Source: Candidatus Gottesmanbacteria bacterium GW2011_GWC1_43_10 (GTDB taxonomy: Bacteria; Patescibacteriota; Microgenomatia; UBA10105). From it: 64,000 bases of DNA. Below the pieces are notes generated by a model. It was not told where the DNA came from. It was given only the letters and a program-made list of their open reading frames with translations, and did not search any database. Below are positions 19,566 to 28,349 of this stretch, in pieces. A program made the position numbers and the translations under genes. The stretch lies in contig LCEX01000003.1 of the NCBI GenBank assembly GCA_000995415.1, positions 15,470-79,469 of the forward strand, in the 5' to 3' direction. Every line of letters starts with the position of its first letter. Position 1 is the first letter of the stretch.

Positions 19566-20715
19566 AATTGGCGGAGCCGAGAGAATCCTGGTAGCCCTGC
19601 ACGAACTTTTTCCCGATGCCCCTCTTTTTACAGCAGTTTACGATAGTGATCGGGCCGGTTGGGCCCGCGATTTCCAAGTCCGGAGCTCATTTATGCAAGC
19701 TTTACCCCTGGCCAAAACTTACCATGAACTCTATCCGGGAGTACCATTTTTAGCTTTTAGTAGTTTAGATTTACAAGAGTTTGATATCGTGATTGTGATC
19801 ACTTCAGCCGAAGCCAAAAGCGTGATCACCGGACCGAGAACTCTATCTATTTGTTACTGCTTGACTCCTACCCGTTATTTGTGGAGCCATTACAGTCAAT
19901 ACTTTAAACACAAGCTGTTGGCTTTTCTCTCCTGGCCGGTGGTGTGGTTTTTGCGAGTTTGGGATATGCGAGTCAGCGCCCGACCGGATAAATATATCGC
20001 CATATCTGAAACCGTGGCAAAACGAATTTCTAAATATTATAAACGCCAAGCGCAAGTCATTTATCCACCGGTAGACACAGAGAAGTTTCGGCCAAAGGCC
20101 TCAACCAACGGCCGATGGGCCTTTGGCCCAGATCCGCCTTTGGCGGACAAAGTTCAATCCGCCAGTCGGCGGACAAAGTCTGCAGATAAATTGGAAAGCA
20201 GTTATTTTCTAGTAGTTTCTAGATTGGTGGATTACAAACGTATTGATATCGCAATTGAAGCCTGTAATCGTTTGGGATTGCCTCTTAAAATCGTCGGCAC
20301 TGGACTTGAAGAAAGGAAACTCAAAAAACTAGCTGGATCCACAGTCGAATTTTTGGGCAACTTGACTGATCAGGAGTTAATTGCGTATTATCAAGGTTGT
20401 CGAGCTTTAATTTCACCGCAGGAGGAAGACTTAGGTATTAGCGCCATTGAAGCTCAAGCTTGCGGCAAACCGGTGATTGCTTATCGAGGGGGTGGGACAA
20501 TGGAGACAGTCATAGCCGGTAAAACGGGTGAATTTTTTTATCCGCAAACTGTGACAGCACTCATTTCGGTACTAGAAAAATTGGGTAACCGCGTATACAA
20601 TCCAGTTTTATGTCGGAAACAAGCTCTAAAATTTAGTAAAATGAAATTTAAGCAGCAATTTGCAAAATACGTGAGTCACACATGGAAGCAGTATAAACTA
20701 GCTCAAAAACTATGA
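19531..20715 (+). CDS. glycosyltransferase family 4/1 carrying an in-frame repeat-derived insertion
   Basis: C-terminal GT-B motif ISPQEEDLGISAIEAQACGKPVIAYRGGGTMETV. A low-complexity segment KASTNGRWAFGPDPPLADKVQSASRRTKSADK is encoded by palindromic repeats at 20090-20180. Confidence 0.8.
   Translation: MKIALVYDHVNKIGGAERILVALHELFPDAPLFTAVYDSDRAGWARDFQVRSSFMQALPLAKTYHELYPGVPFLAFSSLDLQEFDIVIVITSAEAKSVITGPRTLSICYCLTPTRYLWSHYSQYFKHKLLAFLSWPVVWFLRVWDMRVSARPDKYIAISETVAKRISKYYKRQAQVIYPPVDTEKFRPKASTNGRWAFGPDPPLADKVQSASRRTKSADKLESSYFLVVSRLVDYKRIDIAIEACNRLGLPLKIVGTGLEERKLKKLAGSTVEFLGNLTDQELIAYYQGCRALISPQEEDLGISAIEAQACGKPVIAYRGGGTMETVIAGKTGEFFYPQTVTALISVLEKLGNRVYNPVLCRKQALKFSKMKFKQQFAKYVSHTWKQYKLAQKL
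20090..20180. repeat. family B palindromic repeats inside a CDS (ggccaaaggcc, ggccgatgggcctttggcc, ccgcctttggcgg, ccgccagtcggcgg; direct repeat ggcggacaaagt x2)
   Basis: Seen directly. The same ccgcctttggcgg and ggcctttggcc units occur in the ileS leader (53290-53371). ccgccaaaggcgg occurs at about 28437-28450. Confidence 0.75.
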
Positions 20716-21794
20716 AAGCAGTCATCTTCGCCGGAGGAGTAGGAACTAGACTTTGGCCGCTGTCACGCAAAAAATATCCCAAGCAATTTGAAAAGATCGT
20801 GGGAAACAAATCCACTCTCCAGTTGGCTGCCGAGCGATTGCAATCCGACTTTGCTTGGTCTGACATTTATGTTTCGACAAATGCCGCTTATGTCCCTATG
20901 GTACAAAATCAACTGACGTCAATTCCCCCCAATCAAGTTATCGGCGAGCCGCAAATGCGGGATGTGGGACCGGCGGTAGGTTTGGTGACCGCCTTGTTGG
21001 CCAAAGAGACACCTACCGAACCGATGGTGATTTTGTGGAGTGATCATTTGGTCAAAAAAGAAGCCTTGTTTCGGAAAATTCTCCTCACCGCCGGGCAGAT
21101 CATCTCTCAAGATCCCGAGCGGATCATTTTTGTGGCCCAGAAACCGCGGTTTGCCAGCGAAAACTTGGGCTGGATCGAATACGGTAAAGAAGTCATCCGC
21201 CAAAACGATTTGCCGTTTTGCGCTTTCATAAATTTGCGTTATAAACCGGACGTTGCCACCGCGGGGCAGTATTTTGCCAGTGGTCATCATGCCTGGAACT
21301 TGGGCTATTTTGTGACTACGCCACAATTTTTGTGGAAACAATACGAACGCTTTGTTCCCAACTTGTATCAAGGGTTGTCGCGGATCGCCGCAGCCTGGAA
21401 AACCGGCAAATTTAACGACGTTTTAAACGAAGTTTATCCCACGTTGGAAAAAATCAGTTTCGACAATGCCATTCTTGAGAAACTTAACCCTTCACAAGGA
21501 CTCGTCATCTCCGAAAACATCGGTTGGAGTGATATCGGAGCTTGGGAAGCGCTCAAAGAAGCGCTGCAAGAAGCAGAAGACAAAAACGTCACCCAAGGCA
21601 AAGTGCTACTAAACAATACCCAAGATTCGCTCATCTACAACTATACCGATCAGATGGTGGTGACGATCGATCTTGACGGTTATTTTGTGATCAATACTTC
21701 CGATGTAGTGTTAGTTTGTCGCAAGGATTCGGTACCCAAAATCAAAAAATTAGTCGAAAGTTTGAACGGAACCGCCAACGAACATCTGACATAA
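20712..21794 (+). CDS. mannose-1-phosphate guanylyltransferase-like sugar nucleotidyltransferase
   Basis: N-terminal MKAVIFAGGVGTRLWPLSRKKYPKQF (G-x-G-T-R-L nucleotidyltransferase loop). Length 360 aa, with no isomerase/cupin domain. Confidence 0.75.
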   Translation: MKAVIFAGGVGTRLWPLSRKKYPKQFEKIVGNKSTLQLAAERLQSDFAWSDIYVSTNAAYVPMVQNQLTSIPPNQVIGEPQMRDVGPAVGLVTALLAKETPTEPMVILWSDHLVKKEALFRKILLTAGQIISQDPERIIFVAQKPRFASENLGWIEYGKEVIRQNDLPFCAFINLRYKPDVATAGQYFASGHHAWNLGYFVTTPQFLWKQYERFVPNLYQGLSRIAAAWKTGKFNDVLNEVYPTLEKISFDNAILEKLNPSQGLVISENIGWSDIGAWEALKEALQEAEDKNVTQGKVLLNNTQDSLIYNYTDQMVVTIDLDGYFVINTSDVVLVCRKDSVPKIKKLVESLNGTANEHLT

Positions 21795-21798
21795 TAAT

Positions 21799-22440
21799 TT
21801 GCCTATGCATTACTTCATCAAGCGGTTGATTGATATTGTGGGGACAGTGTTCATTGGGATCGTATTTTTACCCATAGCTTTGGCTACCGCTATCGCGATC
21901 AAACTGGATTCGCCTGGACCGCTGCTAGCTGATACTCCGGAGCGAGTCGGTCAGGGAGGGAAACTATTTAAACTGTACAAATTTCGTTCCATGATCGTAA
22001 ATGCCCACGAAATGCTGCGGAGTGACCCCAAACTCAAAAAACTTTATGAACAGTATAAAAAAAATAGTTACAAGCTTTATATAGATCCGCGAGTGACTCG
22101 GGTAGGTAAATTCATCCGTAAACACTCTTTGGATGAAATGCCACAATTGGTGAATGTGCTTAAGGGAGAAATGAGTTTGGTTGGGCCGCGGCCGTATTAT
22201 GCGGATGAACTCGTGAATCAGCAAAAAAAGTATCCGCATACCAAAGAACTTGTCAATGTCGTACTTTCCGCCAAACCTGGTATTACCGGTGAATGGCAGG
22301 TGTCAGGGCGAAGCGAAGTCAATTTTGACAAACGTATCAAAATTGATGCGGAATACGTCAAACGCAAATCCATTAGTCACGACTTGGTGATACTACTAAA
22401 AAGCCCGATTGTGATGGTGACGGGTAAAGGTGCGGTTTGA
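21799..22440 (+). CDS. initiating phosphoglycosyl transferase (Bac_transf family, WbaP/PglC-like, small type)
   Basis: One N-terminal TM helix. Motifs [10 protein letters not shown] ... [21 protein letters not shown] are diagnostic of the bacterial sugar transferase family. Confidence 0.9.
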   Translation: MPMHYFIKRLIDIVGTVFIGIVFLPIALATAIAIKLDSPGPLLADTPERVGQGGKLFKLYKFRSMIVNAHEMLRSDPKLKKLYEQYKKNSYKLYIDPRVTRVGKFIRKHSLDEMPQLVNVLKGEMSLVGPRPYYADELVNQQKKYPHTKELVNVVLSAKPGITGEWQVSGRSEVNFDKRIKIDAEYVKRKSISHDLVILLKSPIVMVTGKGAV

Positions 22441-22486
22441 GCTAGGGACTAAAGTGATGTATGATTATTTTTATGGAGATTGACAC

Positions 22487-24532
22487 ATGAAAAATTTGCT
22501 TAAAACCGATTCCACCTCCGAACTTGAGGGGAAAACTGCGGTAGCGCCAAAAATCAGCCAACCACCAGATACAAAAACAGATGGAACCAGTGGTTTTGCC
22601 AAGATTGATCCGTTGCCGAGTATCCCAAAGAAGACCAAACCTAGATCTCTAAAATGGTTGTGGGTCAGCTTGGGAGTGATTTTAGTATTGGGATTAGTGG
22701 TGACATTCACCGCCATTTTGCCGGCAAAGGCTACTTATGCCCGAGCAACAGAGTTACTTACGGCAGGTAAAGATTTAGCTCAATCCGCCAAAAACCAAAA
22801 TTTGGAGGAAATGAAAACCAAATTGCCAGAGGTGCGTGCTAAACTGACCGCGACGCAAAAAACCTTAGATCAAATTTATCTGCTTCGGTATTTACCTTGG
22901 GTCAATCGTTATCACCAGGATGCCAAACACGCCCTTAATGCCGCCGGGTATGGTTTGGATGCATTTGAGATTTCTATAACGACCCTTGAACCCTACGCGG
23001 ATTTGTTGGGTCTTAAAGGAAAAGGGACATTTACTGGTGGATCGGCGGACGAGCGGATTCAACTGGCTGTCAAGACTATGGATAAAATGACGCCGAAAAT
23101 TGCCGAAATCGGAGACAAGATCGAAAAGTTAAATACCGAAGTCGCAGCAATTGATCCAAACCGTTACCCGGAGTATGTGGGTAAAAAGCAAGTCCGAGCA
23201 AAATTGATTTCCGGCAAAAATTTACTTTCGGAAACGACCACTCTGTTTTTGAATGCCAGGCCGTTACTAGAAGTCTTACCCAGTTTGCTGGGGGAACCGA
23301 CAGCCAAAAAGTATCTATTTATTTTTCAAAACGACAAAGAATTACGACCCACTGGCGGTTTTATCACGGCTTATGCCATTTTTCGGGTCGAACACGGAAA
23401 ATTTTTGGTCGAGTCTTCCAATGACATTTACGAACTTGATGATCAAATCAAAGTCAAAAAAGAGGCGCCGGAAGACATCCTCACATATCACAAGGGAGTC
23501 TTTTATTTCAATATTCGGGATAGCAATTTATCACCAGATTTTGCGATATCGATGAAGCAGTTCATAGATTTGTATCCGGGCAAGTTTGATTTTGATGGAA
23601 TTTTCTCTTTGGACACACACGTACTGGTTGAGTCCATGAAAATCTTGGGATCGTTTAATATCGCTGGTCGGGAGTTTAGTGCCGAAACCGATAAACGTTG
23701 TGATTGTCCAAAAGTGATTTATGAACTGGAAGATTATTCTACACGACCGGTAGCTTACGTCCGCGAAACCAGAAAGGACATCATCGGCTCTTTGATGTAT
23801 GAAGTCATGAAAAAAGCTTTGGGGGTATCGCCTTCACAATACTGGGGTAGGTTATTTCAGATGAGTTTGAACGAAATCTCTGAAAAACACATTTTAGCCT
23901 ATATGCTGGATGAAAAAACGCAAAAAGGAGTGGAGTCTCTCAATATGGGTGGTCGGATCGCCGACGGAGTAAGCATATTAGGCTATAAAGACGGTCAGGA
24001 TTGGGACTATCTACATATCAACGATACCAATTTTGCTGGTGCCAAATCCAATTTGTTTGTGCAGCAAGAAGTAAAAATTGATTATACGGTAGAATCAGAC
24101 GAGACTATCACCAAAACGTTGACACTCAGTTACAAAAATCCGGCACCACCTTCAGACTGCAATTTGGAATCCGGCGGTTTGTGTCTCAACGGAATTTTAC
24201 GTAATTGGGTCCGGATATACGTTCCCAAAAGTGCAACACTAGTTGAAGATAAAGGCAGCCAGTCACCCAAAACCGGAGAAGCAGAAGCGCTTCGGGTTGT
24301 CGAGGATTTGGGAAAAACGGTATTTAATGGTTTCCTGACAGTGCGGCCGTTGGGTTCGGCAGAACTATCACTCAAATACAAATTACCTTTTAAAAAAGGC
24401 AAAGACAAATTACACGTCTTGCTCCAGAAACAACCGGGTACCGAGGGGCATAGCTACACGATCTCAGTCAATGGCAAGACCAAAGAGCAATTCAATTTGA
24501 GTGCCGACAAAGTGGTGTTATTATCACTGTGA
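22487..24532 (+). CDS. large exported/membrane-anchored protein, DUF4012-like
   Basis: 681 aa. A cytoplasmic N-tail is followed by a single TM (WLWVSLGVILVLGLVVTFTAIL) and a long extracytoplasmic domain with the LRPTGGFITAYA motif recalled from DUF4012 proteins near polysaccharide loci. Family assignment is from memory, not a search. Confidence 0.5.
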   Translation: MKNLLKTDSTSELEGKTAVAPKISQPPDTKTDGTSGFAKIDPLPSIPKKTKPRSLKWLWVSLGVILVLGLVVTFTAILPAKATYARATELLTAGKDLAQSAKNQNLEEMKTKLPEVRAKLTATQKTLDQIYLLRYLPWVNRYHQDAKHALNAAGYGLDAFEISITTLEPYADLLGLKGKGTFTGGSADERIQLAVKTMDKMTPKIAEIGDKIEKLNTEVAAIDPNRYPEYVGKKQVRAKLISGKNLLSETTTLFLNARPLLEVLPSLLGEPTAKKYLFIFQNDKELRPTGGFITAYAIFRVEHGKFLVESSNDIYELDDQIKVKKEAPEDILTYHKGVFYFNIRDSNLSPDFAISMKQFIDLYPGKFDFDGIFSLDTHVLVESMKILGSFNIAGREFSAETDKRCDCPKVIYELEDYSTRPVAYVRETRKDIIGSLMYEVMKKALGVSPSQYWGRLFQMSLNEISEKHILAYMLDEKTQKGVESLNMGGRIADGVSILGYKDGQDWDYLHINDTNFAGAKSNLFVQQEVKIDYTVESDETITKTLTLSYKNPAPPSDCNLESGGLCLNGILRNWVRIYVPKSATLVEDKGSQSPKTGEAEALRVVEDLGKTVFNGFLTVRPLGSAELSLKYKLPFKKGKDKLHVLLQKQPGTEGHSYTISVNGKTKEQFNLSADKVVLLSL

Positions 24533-25095
24533 TGAAGGTTTACAAAGCTCTTGGCATCGTCCTGGGCCGCAAAAATATCGGCGAGGCAGATAAACTGGTC
24601 ACCATATTTACTAAACACACAGGCAAAAAAGTGGTTATTGCCAAGGGAATACGACGCATCCATTCCCGACGAGCCGCACATTTAGAACTATTTACACTTG
24701 CCTCATTTGTGATACACCGTGGTCGGACGTTTGACACGGTATCTGAAGTCAACCCAATTAGTTCATTTAGCCTGATCCGGCAAAAATTGATTCGGGTGAG
24801 TTATGTGTGTGTAGCTTTGGAGTTGGTTGAGCGCTTGCTTCCAGAAAATCAAGAGGCACGTTTGGTGTTTGAACACTTGACCTACTTTTTACAACTTTTG
24901 AATCAGCCGGAAACCAGGCGCAACCAGGCAAAACAGGCGCTATTGGAATTTAAACAATTTCTTTTGGCGGAATTGGGTTATATCGACAACGCCCAAAAAT
25001 TGGATGAAGCCAGGTTGGACCACACAATTGAATCGGTTTTGGAAGCCGCGCTCAAAAGTCCAAATCTATTGACAAAAGTCGAGCAAGGTTTATAA
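24529..25095 (+). CDS. recO: DNA repair protein RecO (short form)
   Basis: N-terminal OB-fold pattern GIVLGRKNIGEADKLVTIFTKHTGKKVVIAKGIRR. There is a 4-nt overlap with the upstream gene. Confidence 0.65.
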   Translation: MMKVYKALGIVLGRKNIGEADKLVTIFTKHTGKKVVIAKGIRRIHSRRAAHLELFTLASFVIHRGRTFDTVSEVNPISSFSLIRQKLIRVSYVCVALELVERLLPENQEARLVFEHLTYFLQLLNQPETRRNQAKQALLEFKQFLLAELGYIDNAQKLDEARLDHTIESVLEAALKSPNLLTKVEQGL

Positions 25096-25096
25096 T
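25069..25096 (+). promoter_or_regulatory. sigma70-type promoter TTGACA-16-TATAAT driving the glyQS leader
   Basis: A perfect -35 TTGACA lies at 25069-25074 and a perfect -10 TATAAT at 25091-25096. The -10 overlaps the recO stop codon. Confidence 0.6.
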
Positions 25097-25099
25097 AAA

Positions 25100-25243
25100 T
25101 TCAGGCGTTGATCTTGAAGGGCATCAAGGGAGCAAAAACAAATTAAAAGTGGTCCAATGTGATATTGGACAATAAGGGTGGAACCACGGTTTTTAAAGAA
25201 TCGTCCCTTTCTACAAATAGTAGAGAGGGACTTTGTTGTATTT
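25100..25243 (+). promoter_or_regulatory. T-box riboswitch (glycine-specific, minimal glyQS type) with intrinsic terminator
   Basis: T-box sequence aataAGGGTGGaACCaCGG lies at 25171-25189 with a UGGA bulge matching a U73 discriminator (tRNA-Gly). A candidate specifier GGC-A is at 25120-25123 in a hairpin. The terminator hairpin gtccctttct/agagagggac (25203-25231) is followed by tttgttgtattt and lies upstream of glyQS. Confidence 0.6.
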
Positions 25244-25497
25244 GGCACATTATTATTTTCTTGCTTGTCTAAGCAAGGAATTGTTTCTTTCTCTGCTTGT
25301 CCAGAGAAAGAAACCAAAGAGAAGACAAACCCGTGAAGGTTTTGCGAAGTTTCTAGCTTACGCTTCGTCCGCCAGGCGCGAAAGAGCGCGCCTGATTAAA
25401 TATTGCGGACTCCGCTTTAGCAAGACAATTTTACGCAAAACACTTCAAGGGTTAGAAGCAAAAAAATAAAAAAAACACTTCAAAAGTTCAACAAACT

Positions 25498-26790
25498 ATG
25501 GCAGATTTGATGGAAAAGATCACGAGTTTGGCTAAGCGCCGGGGATTTATTTATCCCGGAAGTGAAATTTATGGCGGAATTGGGGGATTTTACGATTATG
25601 GGCCGTTGGGGACAGAACTCAAATACAATATCAAAAATCAGTGGTGGAAATTTATGGTCCGACAGCGTGACAACGTGGTCGGGTTGGATGCAGCCATCAT
25701 CATGAATCCGGATGTCTGGAAGGCCTCCGGACACGTCGACCACTTCACTGATCCGCTAGTAGAATGTAAAAATTGCCATCTACGCTTTCGGGCTGACAAG
25801 GTAGGCAAAGAATGTTCGGAGTGCGGTGGTGAATTTACCGAGGCGAAAAACTTCAATATCTTGGTTGAGACTTATGTTGGCGTAGTCGAGGGAGCCAAAC
25901 GCAAAACTTACTTAAGAGGCGAAATCACCCAAGGAGTACACGTCAATTTCCAAAATGTCTTGAGCTCTACCCGCCTTAAGATCCCATTTGGGGTGGCTCA
26001 AATCGGAAAAGCCTTTCGTAACGAAATCACGCCGGGAAATTTCATTTATCGGATGCGTGAATTTGAGCAGATGGAGTTGCAGTATTACATCAAACCGGAT
26101 GAGCCAGAAGGACAAAAATGGTTTTCTTATTGGAAAGAACAAAGATGGAATTGGTATGTATCATTGGGGCTGAATAAACAAAACATGCGTTTCCGCGACC
26201 ACGCGCCTCAGGAACGCGCTCATTATGCACAGGCGGCAACGGATATAGAATACAACGCGCCGTTTGGTTGGAATGAGTTTGAAGGTATCCATCACCGCGG
26301 GGATTGGGATCTGTCACAACACAGTAAATTTTCCGGCAAAGACCTGTCTTACTTTGATGAAGCGACCAAAACGCGTTTCACACCATGGGTGATTGAAACT
26401 TCAGCCGGAGCTGACCGCGCGACCCTATTTTTCTTGCTTGATGCTTATTTTGAAGATGGAAAAAGAGTGGTTCTCAAATTGCACCCAAAACTAGCTCCAT
26501 ACAAAGTCGCGGTGTTTCCGCTGGTGGCCAATAAAACTGAGTTAGTGACCAAAGCCAGAAGTATCTTTGAACAACTAAGGTCTTTAGATATCGTCACTGC
26601 TTGGGATGATCGCGGCAATATCGGGAAAAGATACTTGGCTCAAGACGAAGTGGGGACCCCGTGGTGTGTGACTATTGATTATGATACACTGACAGATGAT
26701 ACAGTGACGGTGCGGGATCGGGACACGACAAAACAGGAGAGAATAAATATAGGTAAACTAGGGGAATATTTTCAACACAAATTAGCGTAA
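25498..26790 (+). CDS. glyQS: glycine--tRNA ligase (alpha2 homodimeric GlyRS)
   Basis: N-terminus MEKITSLAKRRGFIYPGSEIYGGIGGFYDYGPLG and class II aaRS motifs. The start may be Met at 25510. Confidence 0.9.
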   Translation: MADLMEKITSLAKRRGFIYPGSEIYGGIGGFYDYGPLGTELKYNIKNQWWKFMVRQRDNVVGLDAAIIMNPDVWKASGHVDHFTDPLVECKNCHLRFRADKVGKECSECGGEFTEAKNFNILVETYVGVVEGAKRKTYLRGEITQGVHVNFQNVLSSTRLKIPFGVAQIGKAFRNEITPGNFIYRMREFEQMELQYYIKPDEPEGQKWFSYWKEQRWNWYVSLGLNKQNMRFRDHAPQERAHYAQAATDIEYNAPFGWNEFEGIHHRGDWDLSQHSKFSGKDLSYFDEATKTRFTPWVIETSAGADRATLFFLLDAYFEDGKRVVLKLHPKLAPYKVAVFPLVANKTELVTKARSIFEQLRSLDIVTAWDDRGNIGKRYLAQDEVGTPWCVTIDYDTLTDDTVTVRDRDTTKQERINIGKLGEYFQHKLA

Positions 26791-26933
26791 AATTTTTTTG
26801 GGAGTGCTCGCAGGTAAAATTTTCTCGAGTCTCAATTCGCGGGGATATGACTCTAGTTGTCATTCAAATCATCGGCCCCGCTCAGTGAGTTCAGCGAAAA
26901 TTTCACCATGCTCGCACTATATTATTAATTCCT

Positions 26934-27398
26934 ATGAAAAATAAAACTGCCCTGTTTGTATCATTGGGGATTTTACTTCTCGTATTGGTTGGTGGATTTG
27001 TAGTCATCAAGAACCTCACCAAAGCTCCGCCTCCGCCAGCTCCAGAGGAAGAGAAAAAGACAGAATTGCCACAAGTTGACGCATCTGTAAAAGTGGATTT
27101 GATAGCCAAAGCTGGAGCTAATTCTGTGACATTGAGTGTCACCAATATTCCCGAAGGCACAGACTCGATTGAATACGAGTTGAGTTATTTGACGGGTGAG
27201 GGCTTGCCAAAGGGCGCTTTGGGGAAAATAGACCTCAAAGGTAATACCGAAATCACCCGCGATATCCTTTTGGGGACCTGTTCGCGTAACACCTGTACTT
27301 ATGACCAAGGCGTCAAATCAGTCAAACTGGTGCTAAGATTCAATAGCGCCACCGGCGCCAGCCAATTTAGCAAAGAATATCCGTTGGGAGAAGAATAA
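26934..27398 (+). CDS. hypothetical exported protein (N-terminal signal anchor, Pro-rich linker)
   Basis: MKNKTALFVSLGILLLVLVGGFVV TM, then PPPPAPEEEKK, then a beta-rich domain. No recognised family. Confidence 0.45.
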   Translation: MKNKTALFVSLGILLLVLVGGFVVIKNLTKAPPPPAPEEEKKTELPQVDASVKVDLIAKAGANSVTLSVTNIPEGTDSIEYELSYLTGEGLPKGALGKIDLKGNTEITRDILLGTCSRNTCTYDQGVKSVKLVLRFNSATGASQFSKEYPLGEE

Positions 27399-27413
27399 AA
27401 AAATTATTTTAAC

Positions 27414-27800
27414 CTATCTGCGCTCTCGATGCTGAGGTTGATTAATGAGCAAGGTAATTGCTTCCTCTAAAGTGGGATATTGACGATCAATCCATTCCGG
27501 AGCATTGGGAAAAACAGGCCAAGTAACTATCGGAATACGATGTTCACGTCTTATTAAGTGTAACAGCATACCTCTATCCTGTTCTGGTTTGATGATGTTT
27601 GGATCTAAAAGTACCACAGCTCGGATAGTATGTTTACGGTCAAATACATGTCGGCCTATCAAATATGCTGCTTCAGTCTGATTTGTGAAGCTATCAAATA
27701 CTCTGACTCCGTTTTGTCTAAAAGCTGTTGCAACCTGGATGCCCAAGTTCTCTTGAGTTGAGTTGTGTCCAATTAATATGCCTGATCTTGCTAGTGCCAT
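27414..27800 (-). CDS. hypothetical protein (minus-strand orphan)
   Basis: 128-aa ORF on the opposite strand. It is divergent from mraZ and shares the repeat-rich promoter region. No family recognised. Confidence 0.4.
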   Translation of the reverse strand: MALARSGILIGHNSTQENLGIQVATAFRQNGVRVFDSFTNQTEAAYLIGRHVFDRKHTIRAVVLLDPNIIKPEQDRGMLLHLIRREHRIPIVTWPVFPNAPEWIDRQYPTLEEAITLLINQPQHRERR

Positions 27801-27860
27801 AGGTTGTGGATGGTATCATATTTAGCTTTAAATTTCATCTTGCCTCTACCCCTAGTGTTT

Positions 27861-27940
27861 CACTTGTGGTGAAAACCCCTTGACATGGTTGTGAAAAGTG
27901 GTCAATATGGTGTAAGATGGTGAAACATGGTGAAAGTGAC
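27861..27940 (+). promoter_or_regulatory. direct-repeat array (T/A)TGGTGAAA x5 at roughly 10-12 bp spacing, candidate MraZ operator in the mraZ promoter
   Basis: Seen: gtggtgaaaa, ttgtgaaaag, atggtgtaag, atggtgaaac, atggtgaaag. MraZ is known to autoregulate via GTG-containing direct repeats upstream of mraZ. Confidence 0.45.
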
Positions 27941-28349
27941 CAAATTAGGACAGTATTTGGGAGAGTATCGACACAGCTTGACTGAACGCAATCGATTGGC
28001 TTTACCAAAACGGATCCGAATTGAAATAGATGAATTTGAAGTCATATTGACACGAGGTTTTGAATCATGCATCGTCGGCTACGACTTGGCTCGGTGGAAA
28101 GAAATGGTCAAACAACCATTGGCTCTTCCGGCATATGAAGAAGCAGGCAGAAATTTGCGGCGAAAACTATTCACATCGGCAGTTGTAGTAGAGCTTGATG
28201 CGCAAGGCAGAGTGGTATTGCCTGAAACACATTTGAATTGGGCAAAGTTGGACGGGAAAGTGGGTGAAGAGGTGATCATTTTGGGGGTAGGAGATCATTT
28301 TGAAATTTGGCAAAAAGGCGAGTGGGAATCATTCTCACAAAGGTTATAA
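27927..28349 (+). CDS. mraZ: transcriptional regulator MraZ
   Basis: LGEYRHSLTERNRLALPKRIR and a second DUF/SpoVT-AbrB-like half, typical of MraZ. The true start may be the GTG at 27936 or the TTG at 27957, because the annotated ATG lies in the repeat array. Confidence 0.85.
   Translation: MVKVTKLGQYLGEYRHSLTERNRLALPKRIRIEIDEFEVILTRGFESCIVGYDLARWKEMVKQPLALPAYEEAGRNLRRKLFTSAVVVELDAQGRVVLPETHLNWAKLDGKVGEEVIILGVGDHFEIWQKGEWESFSQRL

Noticed and set aside
25233-25469. 78-aa K/R-rich ORF in the glyQS leader
   Set aside because: It has low complexity and lies entirely within a hairpin-rich non-coding leader. It has no SD. It is more likely structured RNA than protein.
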